A DNA stretch of 62,538 bases, filler included, from Collodictyon triciliatum (taxonomy: Eukaryota): NCBI GenBank assembly GCA_043381765.1. It is 4 parts of 4 records of this genome, joined end to end, with 100 filler letters (N's around TTAATTAATTAA, not from the genome) between each part and the next. Parts side by side here need not be neighbours in the genome. Positions count along the whole stretch, not along the records: positions 42,787 to 56,450 come from JBHJMP010000532.1; positions 56,551 to 62,538 come from JBHJMP010000534.1; 2 more parts are not named here. One strand, written 5' to 3'. This document shows positions 54,283 through 62,538 of the stretch, in pieces. The notes under the pieces were generated by a model, which was given only the letters and a program-made list of their open reading frames with translations, was not told where the DNA came from and did not search any database. Each line of letters begins with the position of its first letter. Position 1 is the first letter of the stretch. The translations under genes and the position numbers were made by a program.

Positions 54283-54949
54283 ATCCCCAGGGTCAACAGG
54301 ACAATCATTCTGCCTTTTTTTCTCTTTGCCTGAAGCGGTCTGCCCATCAATATAATATCCTTCGACGGAGCCACAATACAATAGCTGCGATATGATGTCA
54401 TTCTTTTATTTGCTTCAGATGAAACCCTACATTTCTCCCGCCACCCTTCATTCTTGCTTCTTGTCACAACCAGGTGCAGTCTGGAAATATTGTTTCCACA
54501 TTAAGTCAATACTTTTTTGGAAAACAAACATTAGACAAGCTACACACCTCCCACATGTAGTTCAGGACTTGAAAGCACCTAATGGTCTACCGAATTGTCA
54601 CTTAAGACTTTCCGTGTGGCATCATGAGGTAGCAAAAGGTCCGCCCTTCTTCGTCGGCAGTGCTAACCAACTTGCCGCCCTAACAAGCGGTAAGTACGTG
54701 CGTTGTTGGCTGTAAACTGGCGGATATATAATATAAGGCCGACCCCGGTCGGTCCCGATTGTCAGGCTTAGTTCTTGTGCGTGCTCAACACATGGGCGGT
54801 ACGCGAGGAGACCCGTTACTGGCGAACAAACCACACGCAGAGAAAGCATAATAATATAAGCATACTCAATCAAAGTCGGGAGAACGAATGTTCTGGTCAC
54901 GTTTCATGCATCCCATTTTTCTAGAGCGTAGGCTGGCAAACTATAGGCA

Positions 54950-55490
54950 TAGAAGTAGTCGGTAATCAGGAATTGCATCTTGCGGTTTGGCCTGTAGTCT
55001 GGGTCTTGTGCTTGCATGAGAGATACAAGGCGAGGTTGAATCTATTTCTCAGCTTCTTTCCGCATGTCTCTTCTCACGGGTCTGAGAAATGGAGAACGTG
55101 CAGGTGGCGAAGGAAGCTATTGAGGAAAGAGATTTGTATGATGTCATCCAGCATGTTATCAGGAATGGGTGGCTGGTTGTTGAGTCTTGCTTTGCGTGAG
55201 TACGCGCGCTATCCACATAGTCCATAGCAAATGGCCTCGCGTCACCGCCCAGAATGTTTTTTCGTCTGGACGCAGTTGTTGCAGAGGCCCAAATATCGCC
55301 TGGATTGGACCAACAGCTGCAGCCGTCTTGAATGTCAGTCGAAGAATCTCACTGGCTGTTTCGTGCAGGTTTTGAGCGAAGGGACATTGCACAAATGTGT
55401 GCTCAATGGATTCATCACTGTTGCTGCAAAGTGTGGATTGTTGGGAGACTTTGGCAGGTTTTGCCGTGCGTGTGCCTATCAATTATTATT
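54950..55490 (-). mobile_element. 5'-truncated L1/Tx1-like ORF2 C-terminal remnant (same family as 1-396)
   Basis: IGTRTA..STLCSNSDESIEHTFVQCPFAQ..FWAVTRGHLLWTMWIAR. Near-identical DNA to 1-310. Confidence 0.8.
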
Positions 55491-55503
55491 TTGAAATATT
55501 GAG

Positions 55504-56125
55504 CCAAATAAAAAAGAGGATGCGAGAGGGATAGACACTATCTGCCGTAATAAGGGAAAGAAAATCAAACTCATCCCCAATTCAAGTTAAATATATAACT
55601 TACTAGATTTTTCATACTTATATATACTATGATACCATTTTTTGTGCTATAAAAAAATAGTGACAAAGGCTGGAGTTGTTAATCCCTCCACAAAAGATAG
55701 GTTCTCTTTTATCAAACGAAAAAATGATAATTTCGGTGGGAATGCCTTCATGTGTGCTATTTTATTAAATAGAGAACTCATGCTGCAGTTTATCCGAGAC
55801 CTAACAAATTTTCAATACAACCTCAATCTCCACGTCAATCACATCCTCTTGATATATTATTAGTAGCAGAGATAGGAAATCCGACTACGGCAAACATACT
55901 GTGCTTGAAAAAGTTAAAGTTGACCCACTTAAAGAATTGAGACCGTTTATGATGATAAATCAAAGGCTGGAGCACGGACCTGGTTCACAGGAACTGTCGA
56001 AGGTAACATGCCAACCTCTTTTATTTCATATTTCTACATTTTCAACATTTATATTGGTTATAGAAGACTTATTGATGGATCGACCTGACGATTTCAATAA
56101 TATATGACGCCACAATCTATCTTCA

Positions 56126-56168
<43 letters not shown>

Positions 56169-56176
56169 AAAAAACA

Positions 56177-56213
<37 letters not shown>

Positions 56214-56373
56214 ATGCGCCTAGAATCCTGCTCTGGAGAAAAAACTCGACGAGGCGATTGAAAGAGGACATTATGCGTTAGCAGATCGAATATCTACTCA
56301 GATGGTTCAGGAAGAACGTGGAAAAATCCTTCGGGATGCCGTACGCGCCAAGGAATATCACGAAGAAAAATTG
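55504..56373 (+). CDS. FAM204A-like protein, internal exons only
   Basis: LKELRPFMMINQRL..|NPALEKKLDEAIERGHYALADRISTQMVQEERGKILRDAVRAKEY resembles the FAM204A core (LEKRIDQAV..AEELSNQLATRELG). The terminal exon is lost at the linker. Confidence 0.6.
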
Positions 56374-56398
56374 GTATATCTAGACATTTTGACAATAG

Positions 56399-56450
<52 letters not shown>

Positions 56451-56764
56451 NNNNNNNNNNNNNNNNNNNNNNNNNNNNNNNNNNNNNNNNNNNNTTAATT
56501 AATTAANNNNNNNNNNNNNNNNNNNNNNNNNNNNNNNNNNNNNNNNNNNNATACAACAATACAACAATACAACAATACAACAATACAACAATACAACAAT
56601 ACAACAATACAACAATACAACAATACAACAATACAACAATACAACAATACAACAAAATACATAAAACATCACGCAAACGAAAGAAGACTAAAAATGAAAG
56701 TCCTTTCAAGCAGTCTGGATTCACTCTGGTATTCACAATGTGTTCATATATCCAGAAAGGTACG

Positions 56765-59700
56765 ATGCCTCCAAAGTCGCGAATATGCCGAGAAAATAGC
56801 ACAAGAAGAAATGCTACGGTCGAGCGCTTCGCCAGACTTGGCGAGTCCATTACGACCAACTTATCCACCCCGCTTGAAGACGGAGTCGAATCCAATCATC
56901 AGGACCCCAGAAAACAAGTTAAGGAAGCAGCAAAAGAAACGTTGGAATATTCGAAAAGGACAGAACACCGGAAACACATTAGTATAGTGCGTCATTATTC
57001 ACAGGTAAGCTCATATCAATTGCAGCCACTTCATTCTGCTCTCCTTCGTTTCTAATGTACAATCCTTTATGTCTAGTTTGAGTCATTTCCTTCGGTGATA
57101 GCCTTTTTTCTTAACTGTATAGATGATGTATTTTCAGAGTATGTCACCGAGCTTGACATTAGTCCTTTTTGATACTGATGATAAAGAGATATTAGAAAAT
57201 TACATCTGACCCTCGTTTTATCTTAGTTTGAAGATATCGAAAGTTTTTCAGACAATCTGGCGTCAAATGTGGGCACGCCCCCCGACGGGCACAAACGAAA
57301 CGAGGAAGTCGTGTCCATACCAGACTCAATTTCGGAGCTATCTGATTTGCGTTTTCTTCCTCAAAAGCCCACGCACTGTCCTTTATTAAAAAACATGGAG
57401 AACATGCCACATGACAAGTCATGCAACCAAAGAAACCGAACACCTAAAGTGACAATATCCACAAATATCCGAAATCGTGTGAAACCAGGCAGCGCTCTAT
57501 ATCATTTACAGAGTGCAAATAGTTCACAAAAAACAAAGACACTACATACGAAGTCAAGAAAAGATACTAACACAGCTCCTCCAGTAATCGACCTTAATAC
57601 GCCGGAACTTACAGATACGAGGGAGGGGAAAAAAACCGATGGAAATGCTATAGAAAAGAATGTCTTGCGATCAGGGTGTACTACTACCAGCATACATACC
57701 TTGGGCCTTTGTTCGATGAAACCGATTAGACCTCAACCACTTGGTAGCCATCCCCAGCAAATCGATGCAAACTGCTCTGTTTCATCGCTGAATGATATTC
57801 AACCAGAACGGTGCACAGCGGATCGTTTCATTGGGACCATACCACCAAAAATCAGCCAGTCTTCACAAACGCTCAATTCCAAGAAGTCAATCTCAAATCT
57901 TTCATCCGCCACCATTCGTACGCACACATCCAAATCTGCTTTAGTGGAAGACCTTCTATCGAGAAATTCAAATGATATTCGGGACGATATTATATCTATT
58001 TCAAGATGTGCATTAAATTTCTCGTCAGACTCGGAAAAAACGTTGTCTTTGGAAGGTGAAGCTGAATCATCTAGCACCACGATCGACTTGGATTCGTCAG
58101 GTGTTTTCCAGCAGGATGGGGTCATTCAGTCTATGTCTCAAATACCGGAAAGTCCCATCATCAACCGAAGCACACGCAAACAGCATGTAAATCCATCAGT
58201 GAAAGAAGACAATATAAATTTTTTTGCATCTACTAAAGTACTTTCGTTCCTTTCTTTATCTTTGGGACTATGTCTCCCCTCCTTGGTTGCTGGTTCTCAA
58301 GGTAGTCAAATAGAAAATGCAATACCTGGAATGGCCACTATCTCAAGTTATGATGTGTCAGTACCAAACAATGTTCGTGATGATGCCTCAAAACCAAAAC
58401 ACGATGAATCTCGAAATAATTTTTTCTTTGGAAGCGTTGGAGATATTCCTCAAACACTGGAACTATTTCCAGACAGTAGAATACCTTTCATTCCATCTGA
58501 CAAATCTAGCGATAACAAAGAAACTGCAATAGTTAAGACTCTGGTTAAAGATCCTGATACGCATGAAAACAGTGTCGACTTGTCTTATGAAAATGTCAAA
58601 TCAGTTGCTGAGCAGGGTTTTCCTCCTGTTACTTCACACGAAATTGCTCCTTTGATGGAATCAGGTATACATACATCTCTTGCTGATTGCGGAATTTCAG
58701 AAAGTACAGTCGATATAGTAGAAACTCCGAGCCCAGCCGCAGGTAACATTTCTTCTTGTACAGTCTATCCAAGGCACACTGAAATGGTTACAGAACAACC
58801 ATTATTATTTCTTTTACAATACCCTTTTCACTCTCCTTCAAGTATCACAGCTACTTTTTACGATACAGTGCATATGAGGAGAATTTAGAAAGTCACTGCC
58901 ACAATAATTTAATCAATTAAAAACTTATTTAAGGTCGCATATTTGAATTCAACGCTTCTCCTTTGTTAACTAAGGGCCCAGTTTCAAAGGTATAAATATC
59001 AGCATTTCCGCATTTAACTCGAAGCCAAAATTTCTTGTTATCATTTCGAATAATATAAATGAAATTCAACAGACAACTCAAAATTCCTTTCATGATTTTA
59101 TATTTTGCTGACTATATCTTGAACCTTTTTGCGATGGTTGAGTAGGTTGGAACGTGTGTGGACTCCTCAAATATATTGGATTTATCATGCGAATATGATG
59201 TCGTAACAAACAATAGAGAAGATTTACTAAAAAACTCTGTGGTTGCCCCGTCATCAATGCTTGATGCACCCAACTCAAGGAATGATCTGAATGAAAACCT
59301 TGGCAACAATCTCAGTGTTATTCAACCAGAAGTGGATGAGCCATGGCTTTCTCGCAAGAAGCAAAATGAAGTGGTAGTAAATGCTCCACGGAAGAAATAT
59401 GTAATAAGAAAACAAAAGACAGTTTCTGTTGATGATGAGTCAGATTATTCCATCGGTCCGCCTCGAATAGCATCCGTAACAGCCATAATAGGCCCAATGT
59501 CCAATGAGGACCTAAAAGCTCTGAATATTAGACAGAGAACCTCTCCAGATGGACTGAGCAATGAAGCTCAATCATACGTATCTGCGCCGATTAGCTCCAC
59601 ACCCTCAAATGAGGTCACCAATTCATTATTACAATTGAAAAAATCTGCAGAAAATATCACACCTTCTATTGCCCCTGTGGCTTCTTCATGCCATATAACA

Positions 59701-60563
59701 ATCGTACCACCACTCAAAGGAAACAACACAAAAACTGATTACACTCGACTTCTCATCAACGGTGATCAAAGCAGGGCTGTAGAGTCGATGCCACAGCAGA
59801 ATGAATTTGAAAATCTAACTGACATTGCCCAAATACCCGCCGTGCCAAAATTTATCCCCATATTCCCGCAGCTAAAGGATGAATGCGACATTTGCACAGC
59901 CCGCGGTTCGTTGATATGGAAGCACGTTTTAGTCGGAAGAAATACTTTATGCTCTCCATGTCATGCATACTACAAGTCTAATAAATGTTTCCCGATTGTT
60001 CCAACTACCGATGCATTGTCTTTGAGTTCATCAAATGGTTCATGTAACCCTGTAAGGGGTCCTGAAAAGACAGGGTCGAGAAAAAGGATTTCAAGCAGTC
60101 GCAGCCCGGACCCTATTCAAAAGCTCGTTCCCTCTACAGAATCCAATACCCCATCTGAGGAGGACGAATGTGTTCCATGTAATACTTTTAATGTAGTCAA
60201 ACGTAACATATTACTCTTCGCAATCACTTATCGAATACGTAATTTATCTCTAATGTAATATTTTTTGGTGATGATATTGCTGCTGTCAGACACAGTGACC
60301 AGCAAGAGAAATCGAGTGAGTGCAATGCCTCCAACTTTTTTGGAGGGTGAGATGCAGAGAGCTATAGAAACAGATCATCCTCGAACAAGGTCATCCAGAC
60401 GTCCCCTCAAAATCAATCAAAGCCGTCGTTGTCCAGCCTTGAAAGTAATTCCTTTAATGATGACTACCCAATATGTTTAATTTTTTTTTGATACTTTCTT
60501 TAGGTGGTATATATGTATTTATCTCGGTGTGTATGCACTCGATACTTTATTGGATTGATCCAC

Positions 60564-60615
<52 letters not shown>

Positions 60616-60616
60616 G

Positions 60617-60676
<60 letters not shown>

Positions 60677-62290
60677 NNNNNNNNNNNNNNNNNNNNNNNN
60701 NNNNNNNNNNNNNNNNNNNNNNNNNNNNNNNNNNNNNNNNNNNNNNNNNNNNNNNNNNNNNNNNNNNNNNNNNNNNAATAATAATAACAATAATAATAAC
60801 AATAATAATAACAATAATAATAACAATAATAATAACAATAATAATAACAATAATAATAACAATAAGGATCGTATGAAATGATAGAATTTGCATACAGATA
60901 TTAACGAAGTGCCATTAATTCAGCGTGGAAACTTATTTAAAAACTACGGATTCATCACCACTGGCCTTAATCAAGAGAGTATGATTATTTAAATTAAACA
61001 TACTTCTGCAAATTACTATATGTGTCAATAAATTATAACTATTGCGAGCACTGTGAAATCATATGGTACATGTATTTATTTGTGTTAATATTATAATATC
61101 ACTCAAATGATCATTCTAATATTTACATATGTGCATTTCCTCCTTTTCGACGGGATTCAGAATCTTTGATGAAGAGCTCCGACTTAATTGCGAAGGAAAT
61201 CATGAATCAGGGCGGCCAACTATTGGCTGAGCCCCTTTTTGACTCTTTAGAAGGTGAACGAATATTCTATACTGAAAAAGAAAAATCTTTTTTGCTCATA
61301 TAATACAAATATTGATTTAATATTATTTATTAAATTAACAGTTCTTAATATATATTTTGCTTCAGAATATGTCAAAACGAAGCGTGATGGAATAGTTGTG
61401 TGTGTATCATCTGGCCCTTGCAGGTTTTGTAATTTTATTTTCTTGGTAATCTTACTAGTACGATTTTTTTTACCTTCCAATAAGATGTAAACTTGATTTG
61501 TAAGCCGGGAATAAAGATGAATCCTATTTCAAACAGAACCAAAAAGTACCTTCTGGCACTCGCTTTAGATTGTCCTCGTGTTAGTGCTGGTTGGATAATT
61601 GATTGCATCAAGCAGGTGAATTTTTCTTGATATATTTCCACTATAAAAAACCTTTTCTTTTTACAGCTTCTACCTCTAAATGATACGTCTGAATTTTTTT
61701 TTGGTTAACGCAGAATCAAATATTACCTTTCGACCCTTACATTCTCGCTAGGGGACATGCTCAGGTTGCCGATAAGTTTGGTATTAATTATTGGAGGTAC
61801 CCATAATCACATAAAAAGAAGGATTTTTTTTCACTATCCCTAAATGCGTTTCATGAATCTAATATTCGGTACGTGACAAAACGGTTCCTTTGTGCTAGTG
61901 TATTTGGACGAGTAATTGCGAGGATAAATCGATTTTAATGTATTTGACTAAAATAACTATTGTGCATAAAGTGCATTACCTATCGAACGCGAAGCTCGAT
62001 TGTTCTTTGGAAAACATTTCAGTGTTGTGGGGGTGGGACAACATCAGGTAATCAATATCTAATTGCATTCAGAAAGCTCCGTATTTTTGATTATATAAAA
62101 TCAGTGAAGTTCTCCGGTGCTCGATAAAGTGAAGATAATTATTAATCCTGAATTCAAAACAGACACGCCCTAATCGACCTTAATTAATTAAACGACCTTC
62201 TAAACAGGAATTCTACACGAGAGTATTAGAGTATTTAGGTGCGACAGTCAACTCGCGAACTGTATCACGAGAGGCAGATGCTGTTATCAG
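56765..62290 (+). CDS. 53BP1/Crb2/Rad9-like tandem-BRCT protein with a long disordered region and a GATA-like zinc finger; runs off the window
   Basis: Large S/T-rich exons (57252-58742, ~59146-60195) and CDIC-x18-CSPC. BRCT1 reads LFKNYGFITTG..IMNQGGQLL..CR|TKKYLLALALDCPRVSAGWIIDCIKQ|NQILPFDPYILARG. BRCT2 starts LFFGKHFSVVG..YTRVLEYLGATV. Confidence 0.75.
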
Positions 62291-62438
62291 GTTTGTTATT
62301 AATGGCTCAGCCGGTGATACATTTCCCTTCGCATGTCGGATTGTTTTTTTAACACAAACAGTCCAACGCTTGGCTCGTTTGGAGATCTGAATTATCGCAA
62401 CCCAATTATACACAAATGTGCCAATTATATGGGAGTGA

Positions 62439-62538
<100 letters not shown>

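Noticed and set aside
54680-54700. TACTTACC on the minus strand as a U1 snRNA 5' end
   Set aside because: The match stops after 8 nt, with no U1 stem-loops or Sm site recognised.

Overview
AT-rich, intron-dense eukaryotic (probably flagellated protist) draft scaffold, with N-gaps, three artificial N-TTAATTAATTAA-N linkers and many intronic microsatellites. All gene models come from manual splicing and motif recall, with no database search. Host genes: a class-I glutamine-amidotransferase-like protein, a membrane-anchored BtpA/SgcQ protein, a P-loop (NACHT/STAND-like) NTPase-TPR protein ending in a CaaX box, two small divergent orphan genes, a long ankyrin+armadillo gene, RNPC3/U11/U12-65K (minor spliceosome), an acidic protein, a CTFxP-repeat protein, a FAM204A-like fragment, and a 53BP1/Crb2-like tandem-BRCT protein with a GATA-like zinc finger. 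Mobile DNA: four L1/Tx1-like ORF2 remnants, one ORF1 zinc-knuckle remnant and a spliced pseudogene interrupted by a LINE. The most interesting region is 43.9-49.4 kb. There, a decayed C5 DNA-cytosine methyltransferase (motifs IV, VI, VIII, IX and X in one frame) abuts a ~560 bp inverted-repeat pair that encloses degenerate DIRS-like RT, RNase H and tyrosine-recombinase motifs. This is a candidate DNMT-carrying retroelement fossil.
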